A stretch of 64,000 nt of DNA, taken from IMG/VR virus record IMGVR_UViG_3300025093_000018, positions 1 to 64,000 of that record, one strand, 5' to 3'. The notes below the pieces were generated by a model. It was not told the origin of the DNA. It saw only the letters and a list, made by a program, of their open reading frames with translations, and did not search any database. The position numbers were made by a program, and so were the translations under genes. The DNA comes from a virus. Shown here in pieces: positions 32,891-42,517 of this stretch (positions are counted from its first letter, which is position 1; each line of letters begins with the position of its first letter).

Positions 32891-34654
32891 TTATCTCTTT
32901 ATAGTAGCAATCTTATTTAAATCTAAAGAGCCTTGTTTTTTTAATGCTTTCTTATAAGTCTTTTCAGATTTCTTAGCCCTTTTTTCTTTATCTTTCTGAG
33001 ACTTTTTATAATCTTTGTCATTCTTTTTAGTAACCGAATTATCCTTTACTACAAAACCTTTTTGACCTTTTCTAAGTAAAACCCCACCACCTTTGTGAGA
33101 TTTACCACCGCAGTTATAGCTAGCTGTTTTACTATCTGCTTTTCTTTCAGCTTTTCTTTTAGCTTTATTTAAAACACGTAATTCTTTTTTATATAGTTCC
33201 TCTAATGAACCATCTCCACCACCTTGTTTCTTTCTTTTATTCTTACGTTTTTTAGATTGTTTAGTAAGCCACTTACCATAAGTTTCACTTACTACCCCAT
33301 CGTAACCCTCAACTTTAGTAGTTAACTTACCACCTTTCTGTGATTTTTTAAGTAAAACCCCACCTCTTTTATGTTTTCTAGCAGGCGCTTGAGATCCAGT
33401 AGTTAATCTATAACCAAAGTTTAAATCTCTAATATTTGTCTGAGGTGTATAACCTTGCTGTTCAGCTTCTTTACTTCCGTAATATTGTTTTTCTTTAAAC
33501 CCCGCTCTTCTTCTATAAGCATTTTTCCACTCTAGATTTTTATAAAAATTTTCTAAGTCTTCTGCTGGTATCATTCTTTGACCTGCTTGTTTGTGGTCTT
33601 CCGGATAAACAGCATTAGGGTCGATTGTTTGGTTTATATCCATAGTATTAGGATCTATGCCATATTTCTTCTGAACCCCTTGTCTAAATTTAATTATCTC
33701 TTGATTTCTTCTATTTCTTTCTGCCATTATAGCTGCATTAGCTTTGGCTTTACTATCTAATTGAGTAGGTCTGTTTGGATCATAGGCTGGCTGCCATTCG
33801 CTTAAACCTTGATATTGTTTAGGATCTACTTCACCTGGAGTTAAAACAGCTGTATTTGTTCTTTGTACACCGTTTACTGCCTTAGGTGTAATCTGGTAAG
33901 TATTTACAGAGTCTACTTTATTACCGGTTTGGTATTTTAGTAATCTACCTCCATTTCTATAATTTGTCATATTATTTTCCTTAATTTTAATTCCTTGTGC
34001 TTGAGCTATATTTTGTGGTGTGCCCCAAGTAGAGGCAAATGCTCTTGGGTTTTCTTTAACCTGTTGAACTATCTCTTTACTACTTAAACCATCTGTACCA
34101 TATTTCTTAGCGTACATTTTGGCCATATTATAGTTGGAAGCTTCCCAATGTTCTTTTCCTGTATCCTTACCTTGTCTTCTTTGGTATAGTTGACCATCCT
34201 CATATTTAAATCCAGGTGTAAACCCTCTAGCACTATCTGATTGTCTCTGTGCAGCTATAGCATCAGCTTTTCTTTTAGCAGCTAATTCATCAGTAGCTTT
34301 TCTATCAAATATCCAGTCTGCCTTTGTAGCATCTGCATCATACGAGTATACTTCTCCCATATCTCTAGCTACATCTTGAAAGAATTGTTCTCCTCCTTCT
34401 CTTCCTGTAGACCCCGGTAAACTTTTATAGTAATCTACAATACCTTGTTGTTTTGTATTACCTCGGGATGCTGCTGCTACATAATTTGGGTCACTTATAT
34501 ACTTTTCATATCCAGATTTATCCCAAACTGCAGGTTTAACCACTTTATTTGGTTGTGCTTTATAATTTGGAGCAGAAGCAGCTCTAGTAGCTATAATATT
34601 ATCTCCTTTAGCGGCTATTAATTTATTACCTCCTTGATATTTTAATATTCCCAT
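32891..34654 (-). CDS. Lys-rich putative internal virion protein with many KxGG motifs
   Basis: LKYQGG, YRNGG, KYQTG, HKRGG, SQKGG, HKGGG; very basic C-terminus. Confidence 0.55.
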   Translation of the reverse strand: MGILKYQGGNKLIAAKGDNIIATRAASAPNYKAQPNKVVKPAVWDKSGYEKYISDPNYVAAASRGNTKQQGIVDYYKSLPGSTGREGGEQFFQDVARDMGEVYSYDADATKADWIFDRKATDELAAKRKADAIAAQRQSDSARGFTPGFKYEDGQLYQRRQGKDTGKEHWEASNYNMAKMYAKKYGTDGLSSKEIVQQVKENPRAFASTWGTPQNIAQAQGIKIKENNMTNYRNGGRLLKYQTGNKVDSVNTYQITPKAVNGVQRTNTAVLTPGEVDPKQYQGLSEWQPAYDPNRPTQLDSKAKANAAIMAERNRRNQEIIKFRQGVQKKYGIDPNTMDINQTIDPNAVYPEDHKQAGQRMIPAEDLENFYKNLEWKNAYRRRAGFKEKQYYGSKEAEQQGYTPQTNIRDLNFGYRLTTGSQAPARKHKRGGVLLKKSQKGGKLTTKVEGYDGVVSETYGKWLTKQSKKRKNKRKKQGGGDGSLEELYKKELRVLNKAKRKAERKADSKTASYNCGGKSHKGGGVLLRKGQKGFVVKDNSVTKKNDKDYKKSQKDKEKRAKKSEKTYKKALKKQGSLDLNKIATIKR

Positions 34655-34708
34655 AATACAAGTTTTGCGTATTATACATTATAGTAAAAATACTTGAATA
34701 TATAAAGT

Positions 34709-34743
34709 AAAAAAGCCCGCCTTTGTAGACGAGCTTTCTTTTT
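34709..34743 (-). terminator. Intrinsic terminator (possibly bidirectional)
   Basis: AGCTCGTC/GGCGGGCT stem with T-runs on both sides. Confidence 0.7.
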
Positions 34744-34761
34744 AATCTATTTCTTAGACTA

Positions 34762-35781
34762 TTACGCGATAAACGCAGCAACAGTAGCAACAGAACTTCT
34801 ATCAGCTAAGATTAATGATTCTGTCTCTTCTTGTGCTCTTGTTAAAGGAGCAGCTTGAACAGTAGCTGTAGATCCAGCGTTAGCAGCAGCAGCTAAGATA
34901 GCAGCAGCAGCCATTTTAGAAATAGCAGCGTTAGCAGCAATCATTGTAGACTCATTCATCCAGATAGTAAATCTGTGAGTAGCTGGAAGCGGACCATGGT
35001 CAGCAGCTAAAGTAGATAGATTCTCATCGAAAGTAGTATCAATAGTGAAAGATACTTCAGTATACAATCCTCTAATATCTACGTTAGTAGAATCTTGATC
35101 TAATCCATAAGGATCAGTATTGTATCCTGTAGCCATTTTTACAGACTCTTCTAAGAATTTACCAGTACCTAATCCTGGCTCAGCAGATGAGTTAGTTACG
35201 TTTTTAGCTAATGATACTGGAGTTTGAGTTCCAATACCAGAGTTAGCTCTAGAAATTTCAATTTTAGTTACTTCAACTGACTCATAACCAGCAGTAGTAG
35301 CAACATCGATATCAGCAGCAGCAGCACCGTTAGTAATATTAATTACTGGATCCTCAATATGGAATTGAGTTACTCTATTAGTCCAAGCAGTTACAATTGC
35401 AGTTCTAATAGCAGCAGCGGTAACAGCTGTTAATGGTTGGGTCATAAAAGTAATTGGTCTAGCAGCACCAATAAAGTTATTTTTAACTTCTGATTGATAT
35501 CTTCCAGTCTTAGCGTATACTCTAACTTCTACAGCATCACCAATAACAATACCAGCTGGAGCAACAATAGTCCAATCAATTGATTCGTTAGCAGCAGTAA
35601 TTCCTCTGTGCATTTTCATATCTGAAATATCAGCAATAGCAAAGGTACCAAAACCTTCAATTGAGATAGTATCAGTATTTGCTACAGCACCACTTGTGGC
35701 TACAGTAGCTCCGGTATTATCTCTTACGATAACTTCGGCATCTGAGTTTAATACTCTTAATTTGTCTCCTAATGTAAACAT
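34762..35781 (-). CDS. Auxiliary capsid/decoration protein
   Basis: 339 aa Ala/Thr-rich, biased codon usage of a highly expressed gene, own terminator, downstream of MCP as in crAss-like phages. Confidence 0.55.
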   Translation of the reverse strand: MFTLGDKLRVLNSDAEVIVRDNTGATVATSGAVANTDTISIEGFGTFAIADISDMKMHRGITAANESIDWTIVAPAGIVIGDAVEVRVYAKTGRYQSEVKNNFIGAARPITFMTQPLTAVTAAAIRTAIVTAWTNRVTQFHIEDPVINITNGAAAADIDVATTAGYESVEVTKIEISRANSGIGTQTPVSLAKNVTNSSAEPGLGTGKFLEESVKMATGYNTDPYGLDQDSTNVDIRGLYTEVSFTIDTTFDENLSTLAADHGPLPATHRFTIWMNESTMIAANAAISKMAAAAILAAAANAGSTATVQAAPLTRAQEETESLILADRSSVATVAAFIA

Positions 35782-35914
35782 AATTTTCTTTTGTTTTTGA
35801 TCTTACTTATACCAGTGTAGTAAAATCGTTTTTATAAATTTTATAAGGTCACAGCTGGTATCCGCAACCTATTGTTTTTGTAGTATACTAAATTAAATTC
35901 TAACTACAAAGGTA

Positions 35915-36691
35915 TTATTCAATCGACTCATTTGTCGGTATATGTGTCTGTAATCTAGGGTTTTGTTGGTTTTCCAAAATTAATTTTACTGTACGTTTTA
36001 TAATTTCATTACAAACATATTCTGGAAATTCCATTTGTGGGGTATTATCAGTTACTGCATCTCTTTGTGTAGCAGTCATCGTTATTAAAGCTGGTTGTTT
36101 TAAATAGTCAATATTAAACTCTGTCACGGAAAACTTATTGGGATCACCGTAATAAATTTCTATAGCTCCAGGTTTAATATTATCTCTATAATCATCTACT
36201 ATTTTATAATAAGTAGTTCTATAATCAGGCTTTAAAAATGCATTATTCATTATACCAACGGCTAGATCAGATGTCAATCTTTTCGTAACACCTTGGTGTA
36301 TATACCCAGCAGGTTGACACTTATAAGGTATATTAGTTTGTACACTTGTATTACAACTTAGTAAGTGAAAATAATCACTAGGAAGCCCAACAACCATAAA
36401 AGCACTATTATACTTATTACCAAAATAAGTATTTCTAGACCCGGAAAAACTTCCTGTAAAAGTAGTGGTGGCTGGGGATGAATTTGTTACATACACCCCA
36501 CTCGTAGAAGAGTGGAGCGCTTGTAAATCATCTGTAAGTTGTTGTGTATCTTGATACTTTCTGTATCTCTCATTGACATATTCTTGAATACCTTTATTAC
36601 CAAAGTATAAGAAATCTTCAAGATGTAATGACGGAGCTTTTACTGTATTAAGCTCTGTTAGTAGATATTCGTAAAATTGTCTGTGAGTCAT
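35915..36691 (-). CDS. Head-tail connector/ring protein
   Basis: ELN.VKAPSL.LEDF.Y..NK...QQLTDDL...EFPEYVC.EII...LEN...PRLQT; conserved crAss-type gene. Confidence 0.65.
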   Translation of the reverse strand: MTHRQFYEYLLTELNTVKAPSLHLEDFLYFGNKGIQEYVNERYRKYQDTQQLTDDLQALHSSTSGVYVTNSSPATTTFTGSFSGSRNTYFGNKYNSAFMVVGLPSDYFHLLSCNTSVQTNIPYKCQPAGYIHQGVTKRLTSDLAVGIMNNAFLKPDYRTTYYKIVDDYRDNIKPGAIEIYYGDPNKFSVTEFNIDYLKQPALITMTATQRDAVTDNTPQMEFPEYVCNEIIKRTVKLILENQQNPRLQTHIPTNESIE

Positions 36692-36697
36692 TTATTA

Positions 36698-37600
36698 TTA
36701 TTTTGTGAAGTCGAAAGCAGCCCCCTGTTCTGTACCTTCCTCTTTGTCGTTTGCGGGGTCATTATCTTTCACAAAGTAATCAGGATTAGTTTCTTTTTCT
36801 AATAACGCTAATACTTCCTTATTATCTTTGTTTTGTAAGAAAGAAATTGCAGCTTCGTCAGACATTCCAAATACTTGAGATCCAAACTTAATTGCTCCAT
36901 TAGGAGTTGTAGTAATTACATTTTTTTGTTTAGCCTTCAAATAAAGTAAGTGAATACCTAAGAATTTACTTTCATATACTTCGATTACTTTTTTACAAGT
37001 TTTACTATTATTAGCTTGTTCTAATAGGAACTGTTTAACAACCTCAGGATTTTCACCCTTCATGTCAAATCCTAATAACAAAGCTCTATTTTCATAGTTT
37101 ACTGGTGAATCCTCTAATACATATTTAATAGCTTCGAATTTCTTCTCAACTTCAATATTTTTCTTTAAAGCTTCTTTACCTTCAATTTCTACGTAGAATC
37201 TTGCTGTCTTTGATTTTTGTGCTTCCTCAAATGATGAAGCAACTTCTTTAGTCTCCTTTACCCAGGCCCAGTTAATAGCATCTACTTCATTATCAAGGTT
37301 AAACTCAATACCATCCTCAAGGACAATTGAAGTATTTTTTCTAGCATTTTCGCCTGTTTCACCTACAGTTACATAATAAGTAAGGGATTTTTTATCATCC
37401 TCTGTAATTCTTTTTACGCCTCTATACCACCCTACTTTAGGGTCAAAAGCCGGTTGAACTGTATGCTTTGTTTTAAAGATTCCCCTAAGGGTAATAATCT
37501 TATCAATAGGAGTACCATTCTCCTTCTGCTCTAAATTAAGCATTCCTTTTTCACTCATATTATTCTTATTTGTTTTTATTAAAATGTTTATAACAACCAA
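36698..37600 (-). CDS. Conserved capsid-module protein downstream of MCP (true start probably the internal MSEKG)
   Basis: Synteny; FNLDNEVDAINWAW motif. Confidence 0.55.
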   Translation of the reverse strand: MVVINILIKTNKNNMSEKGMLNLEQKENGTPIDKIITLRGIFKTKHTVQPAFDPKVGWYRGVKRITEDDKKSLTYYVTVGETGENARKNTSIVLEDGIEFNLDNEVDAINWAWVKETKEVASSFEEAQKSKTARFYVEIEGKEALKKNIEVEKKFEAIKYVLEDSPVNYENRALLLGFDMKGENPEVVKQFLLEQANNSKTCKKVIEVYESKFLGIHLLYLKAKQKNVITTTPNGAIKFGSQVFGMSDEAAISFLQNKDNKEVLALLEKETNPDYFVKDNDPANDKEEGTEQGAAFDFTK

Positions 37601-37638
37601 AATATAGTCATAATATTTTAATTTTCTATGTGTATAAT

Positions 37639-37668
37639 AAAAAAGAGGTACCTAAATAGATACCTCTT
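37639..37668 (-). terminator. Intrinsic terminator after MCP
   Basis: AAGAGGTA/TACCTCTT stem plus T-run. Confidence 0.7.
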
Positions 37669-37690
37669 AGTATATTACGAGTAATTATTA

Positions 37691-39103
37691 TTACACAATT
37701 ACTGACTCTTCCAAGATGAAAGATTTGTAAGGGTTGAATACAACTGTACCAGCGAACCCTAACAAGTGGTACTGAGAACCAGCAACTCCTGTAGAAACTT
37801 CTCCAGAAGTCATACCGTCTTGTCCACCCATACCGTTTAAGTTTCCAGAAATCATTTCTGACCCTTTTAACGTAAACATAGCGATATTAGGTCTTCCAGA
37901 GTTTAAGTCAACACCTGTATCTAAGAAGATACCGTATCCATGATCAGGATATTCTTGACCTAAAGATCTATCTGGCATAAAAGTAATTGTATTACCTTGT
38001 ACATGGTAAGATTTGAAAGTAGCTCCAACTTCAACCTCTTTACCTTTAGCTTTAGAGTAGAAGTAAGATCCATCAGATGGAGAAATAAATCTCAAGTCAT
38101 CTTTCATCAATTTACCAAATGCTCTCCATAATCTTTCGTTACAGATAACAGCATAAACATTTCCAGTTGGGTTATCTGATTTTTCAACCATTGAAGTGAT
38201 AACGTCATCTAAAATGTCAGCAGTTAAAATAGAGTAAGAGAATTTATCACAGTATCTCTCGATTTGAGCTACTACACCATCTCCCATAGGGATGTCACGA
38301 CCGTGGTCATCTTGCAAACGACATTTACCGTTCACATCGTAGTTAGTCTCACCCCAAACACATGCTTGGTCTCTTGAGTTCAAGAAGTGATCTAAACAAT
38401 CTTTCTCTTTTTTATTCATTTTGTAGTAAGCTGAATCATCCTTACCTTTAGCAGTTTGGATATAGATATCTTCTTGTCTAGCATAGTCAGATGACCAGTC
38501 TACAGAAGCTCTATGACGAGAAATGTAATTTCTGTGCTTTTCAGTGTTACTTACAAATTTAGTGTATCCTCTCTCAGATAACTCTGGGAAGTAGTTACTT
38601 CTGTATCTAGTAGTGAAACCAGCAGCAGCGTAAGCAGTGTTAATAGTCTTGGTTGGATCATTAGTCACCAATCTTACTCTGTACTCATATTTCTTTTGTG
38701 AGATTTTCTTAGGAACTGCAGTAACAAATAATTGTTGCTTGTTCTCTAATGTGAAAGTATCATTTTTGTCATAATATCTTTCCTCCAAGATGATAGTCTC
38801 AACTTGCTCTTGAGAACCGTCTCCCGAGATAGCACCAACAATCTTAACTTTCTTAATAAAGTTAACGTTGATATCCCACTCAATACACATTGAGTTCACA
38901 GGGCTAAAAGACCCTTCTGATTTCTTAGGATTGTAATAAACATTTTTTAATGCATCAGTCAAAGTACTGATTGCTAAGTGTGGGTACATTGTAACCACAG
39001 TACCCAATTTGTGAGGCTTTTCTCCTAAAAGAGTACCAAAATGTTGGATAGTTTTCGTATCGCTCATATTCTGAGGGATAGTATTTCTGTCTACAATTTT
39101 CAT
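37691..39103 (-). CDS. Major capsid protein (crAss-like HK97 fold)
   Basis: 470 aa; ELSERGY.K...EKHRNYIS.HR, GDGVVAQIE, FNPY.SFI motifs; position after scaffold and portal. Confidence 0.85.
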   Translation of the reverse strand: MKIVDRNTIPQNMSDTKTIQHFGTLLGEKPHKLGTVVTMYPHLAISTLTDALKNVYYNPKKSEGSFSPVNSMCIEWDINVNFIKKVKIVGAISGDGSQEQVETIILEERYYDKNDTFTLENKQQLFVTAVPKKISQKKYEYRVRLVTNDPTKTINTAYAAAGFTTRYRSNYFPELSERGYTKFVSNTEKHRNYISRHRASVDWSSDYARQEDIYIQTAKGKDDSAYYKMNKKEKDCLDHFLNSRDQACVWGETNYDVNGKCRLQDDHGRDIPMGDGVVAQIERYCDKFSYSILTADILDDVITSMVEKSDNPTGNVYAVICNERLWRAFGKLMKDDLRFISPSDGSYFYSKAKGKEVEVGATFKSYHVQGNTITFMPDRSLGQEYPDHGYGIFLDTGVDLNSGRPNIAMFTLKGSEMISGNLNGMGGQDGMTSGEVSTGVAGSQYHLLGFAGTVVFNPYKSFILEESVIV

Positions 39104-39213
39104 ATTATTTAGCTTTTGTTTTATGGAAGGTAGTTCCTCCCTTGATTATTATTGATATATCCACCTAAGCAAAATATTTTTTAATTCACAAAGGTAAAAA
39201 TAAAATTATTTTA

Positions 39214-40458
39214 TTAAACGTCATCATGAAGTTCATCTAGAGTAATCCTCTCTGGTTCTCTATATGGAGTTGGTGGTCTATCATCACCTTTTCCACCTTC
39301 TGGCTTTTCTGTTCTACCACTAATAGGTTTAGTAGGCATACCGTCAGTAACGCTAGCTCTACCCTTTTTATGAGCTTTAGTTACCTCTTTCTTCCAATAA
39401 TTATCTAAAGTATCAAGTGCTTCTTCTCCTTTATAATGTAAATAAGCTACTCTAAATAACTTAGCTGGATCAGAGAAAACCTCCTCCATAAACAAAGAGT
39501 CACCACTCTCACCTACCTCTAGAATTTTACTTAGTACCTCATTCTTAACATCATTATCTACAGGAAAACCTACAACGTTTTCAATATCAGCTACAGCATT
39601 AACGATAGTAGTTCTGTCTTGCTCTAGCTCTGCTTTATAGGCTTCATGCTCTTCAGCTGCTAACCTCTTTGCTTCCTCTTGCTGAGTACGTATAAAAGAC
39701 TCTCTCATACGCTCCACATTAGCCTCAAAGAATTTACCTTCTTTAGCTTTTGATAGATCTTCCGCAACCTCTTCGTCAGTTGCTTCCGGATTAGCCTCTT
39801 TAATAAACTTTGTGTAAATAGCATCTTCAGACATACCTTGATAGTCAATTCCAGTAGATTCCGCTAAAGCTCTTTCTTCAGCTAATCTAGACTTAGCCAT
39901 ACCCTCTAGAATTTCTTCTACAGTACCTTCTTGACTTCTAATGTAATTAATTAAACCTACCTCATCTTCGTCTAAACCATGTTGTTGAACAGATTGTCGT
40001 GCGCCTAAGTCTGCTAAAGATTTAAGGACATTAAACTGTTCTTGTTCATCTAGTTCATTGAAGTGACGCTCAACAGTATTACCTTCCTCATCTTCCATTT
40101 CAATGAGTCCAGCCTGGATACCAAATTCAGAAAGATACTGCTCGATACCAGATACTACCACATCATCGTCATTACCTCCTGTATCATCACCGCCGTCATC
40201 ATCAGACCCTCCGGTAGGTTCATTACCTCCATCTGGTTCATTACCATCACCTGGTTCATCTCCCCCTTCAGGGTTATTGTCTGGATCATTTGGTGGGGTT
40301 GTAGCGCTTCTAGGATTCCCTTCTGGGTTAACTACGTAATTAGGATCATTTGGATCCCCTTTGTCATCACCTTCTGGTGCTTTTCCGCCTTCTGGCGTTT
40401 TTCCTTGTTCTAAGTTGTCATCTTCATCACTGTGAAGATCTTCTAATGTAATTGCCAT
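39214..40458 (-). CDS. Acidic scaffold-like protein
   Basis: Highly acidic, disordered N-terminus, coiled coil, immediately upstream of MCP. Confidence 0.65.
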   Translation of the reverse strand: MAITLEDLHSDEDDNLEQGKTPEGGKAPEGDDKGDPNDPNYVVNPEGNPRSATTPPNDPDNNPEGGDEPGDGNEPDGGNEPTGGSDDDGGDDTGGNDDDVVVSGIEQYLSEFGIQAGLIEMEDEEGNTVERHFNELDEQEQFNVLKSLADLGARQSVQQHGLDEDEVGLINYIRSQEGTVEEILEGMAKSRLAEERALAESTGIDYQGMSEDAIYTKFIKEANPEATDEEVAEDLSKAKEGKFFEANVERMRESFIRTQQEEAKRLAAEEHEAYKAELEQDRTTIVNAVADIENVVGFPVDNDVKNEVLSKILEVGESGDSLFMEEVFSDPAKLFRVAYLHYKGEEALDTLDNYWKKEVTKAHKKGRASVTDGMPTKPISGRTEKPEGGKGDDRPPTPYREPERITLDELHDDV

Positions 40459-40525
40459 ATTATTCTTATTTAAGTTATTAACTTATTAATTTTTTCATTA
40501 TATAATATATGTATTCTTTTTGGTA

Positions 40526-40945
40526 TTAGTTAGTACTTTCACTAGATAATCTCCAGTGAAACTGACCATCTATTAATGTACCAAAGAAGGACATTTTCTT
40601 TCCAGCAGTAATAGTATAAGACCTGGTTGTATTAGCAGGATCATCTAATAATATATGATCTGTATTAAAGATAAAAATCTTACTTACTGTATTATTTGAA
40701 TTATCCAATTCTAACCAATGCATAGTTCTATCCTCCCAATTAACCGGAGAATTAATATAAACAGTTTGTGCTTGATTTACTGGAGAAGTATATTTCATCC
40801 TAGTATGGTCATGCATTAAATCAGGTGAAACGGTTAAACCGTAAGATACTAATTCAATCTCTCTGCTATCTGTATCAGGAGCATCAGTATTTTTAAGTGT
40901 TTTACTATTCCTGGTTGCTTGTTCTAATATAGGTGTATTTGCCAT
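40526..40945 (-). CDS. Hypothetical structural protein
   Basis: 139 aa ORF in head module. Confidence 0.5.
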   Translation of the reverse strand: MANTPILEQATRNSKTLKNTDAPDTDSREIELVSYGLTVSPDLMHDHTRMKYTSPVNQAQTVYINSPVNWEDRTMHWLELDNSNNTVSKIFIFNTDHILLDDPANTTRSYTITAGKKMSFFGTLIDGQFHWRLSSESTN

Positions 40946-40956
40946 AATTTAAATTT

Positions 40957-41295
40957 TTAGTTGTTAGAGTTTTTTAATGCATTCAGATCTACTGGATCTG
41001 GTAAATTATTAAACACTCTATCAGGTAATTGACTATTTGTTCCGCAAAGATCCTTAGTCAATAATTCTTTTAATATATCTAATAAATACTCATTATCTGC
41101 AACTTCTTCATTATCTTCATACTCTAAGTGATCAATAATAGCTCCAATTGCAATAGATAAAGCATACATCTTATCTAATTCTACTGAATTACCTACAAAA
41201 GGCTCCTTGCTGGCAATCTTATCTATAAGTCTACCAACAAGAGCTCTACCCTCTATAAGATAAGGCTCATAACTATCTGTAAATTTAATTAACAT
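40957..41295 (-). CDS. Hypothetical protein
   Basis: 112 aa helical ORF in head module. Confidence 0.5.
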   Translation of the reverse strand: MLIKFTDSYEPYLIEGRALVGRLIDKIASKEPFVGNSVELDKMYALSIAIGAIIDHLEYEDNEEVADNEYLLDILKELLTKDLCGTNSQLPDRVFNNLPDPVDLNALKNSNN

Positions 41296-42359
41296 AAGTG
41301 TTCTTTATCATGGTATAAGCATAGGTAACATAATTCTCTTGTAGATTCAATGATCTTTTGAGATGTTTTAAATACCTCAGCGTTAAATTTAACTAATGCC
41401 CCAACTCTCTTCTGAGTTAGTTTTATCCAGTTATGGATAGTAGACATACCAAAATCCTTTTTATCACAACAACATGCTATTTTTAATAACTCCTTTCTAA
41501 TCGCCTCGTTTAAATCTGGTGTAGCTAAATGTTGAGTTTCAACAAAATAAACAGGATCATTAGTCATTGCTGGTCCCATATTATTTCTTAAAAAATCCAT
41601 CCACTCTACAAACGTAGGAGTTTCTTTCCAATCTGTTGGATCTGGTATAGTTAAATTAGAATCATTAGGGTCTACAACAGGTGCTCCTGTATTACCTGTA
41701 ATATTCACATAAAACTTTTCTTGAGTTGGGTAGTAAATGATTTGTCCATTAGCTGCACTTGTAGCAGCGTTTGCAGCAGTCCAAGTCTTACAAGCTATAA
41801 CATAAGAAGTATACCAACCATCTGTATAAATTTTAGTCCCTATAGCATTAGCTAATTCAAACGAGTGTTGAACTGGAGCCCTATAGAAAGCTGTATATCT
41901 ATTTTCAACTAAACCAGACTCTCCACCTAAAAATTGTTTTACAACAGTAATTCCTTGAGATTGATCGTATGGCCAGTTAGCTGTATCTAATGGGTTAGAT
42001 GTTTCTGGAAAGGATCCAGGTAGTTGAAATTCTGCTGGTTTATATACCCATTCATTTGAGTTGTTATACCCGGCTAATTGTGTAGCGCTAGCCCCTGAAT
42101 CAGATTCCATAACTACAGTTTGTATTAATTCCTGAGTTTCACAAGAAATACCATTATAAGTTAAGAAAGTTTTCTTAACCATATCAGTCCCTAATTGCCA
42201 CGGTAATACAGCGTAATTTAAATTAGTATCAAGTAGAGCTAGATCCTTGTCAGTGAAATCATAGTCTAATGATATATTCTCAACATTAGGGTTTAATCTA
42301 AATGCTGAGTCAGATAAACTACCTGCAGTAGGCATTGACTCTACTATTCTAATATCCAT
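41289..42359 (-). CDS. Hypothetical structural protein with Cys-rich C-terminus
   Basis: 356 aa; DGWY motif, CCC and CYLC. Confidence 0.55.
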   Translation of the reverse strand: MDIRIVESMPTAGSLSDSAFRLNPNVENISLDYDFTDKDLALLDTNLNYAVLPWQLGTDMVKKTFLTYNGISCETQELIQTVVMESDSGASATQLAGYNNSNEWVYKPAEFQLPGSFPETSNPLDTANWPYDQSQGITVVKQFLGGESGLVENRYTAFYRAPVQHSFELANAIGTKIYTDGWYTSYVIACKTWTAANAATSAANGQIIYYPTQEKFYVNITGNTGAPVVDPNDSNLTIPDPTDWKETPTFVEWMDFLRNNMGPAMTNDPVYFVETQHLATPDLNEAIRKELLKIACCCDKKDFGMSTIHNWIKLTQKRVGALVKFNAEVFKTSQKIIESTRELCYLCLYHDKEHLC

Positions 42360-42517
42360 TATTTATAATTTTTAATAAATTCTTTTACTTTATCTACAGA
42401 ACCAAAGTAATTAATCCATCTCGGTTTAAAAAGTTGTCTAATATTAACAGTTACAACCGCTCTATTTTCTAACTCAATTTTATACTTTTGACTTGTATTT
42501 TCCGAAATCTCTGCCAT
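42359..42517 (-). CDS. Small hypothetical protein (not in ORF track)
   Basis: MAEISENTSQ...KNYK, 52 aa; TAATG overlaps with both neighbours. Confidence 0.6.
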   Translation of the reverse strand: MAEISENTSQKYKIELENRAVVTVNIRQLFKPRWINYFGSVDKVKEFIKNYK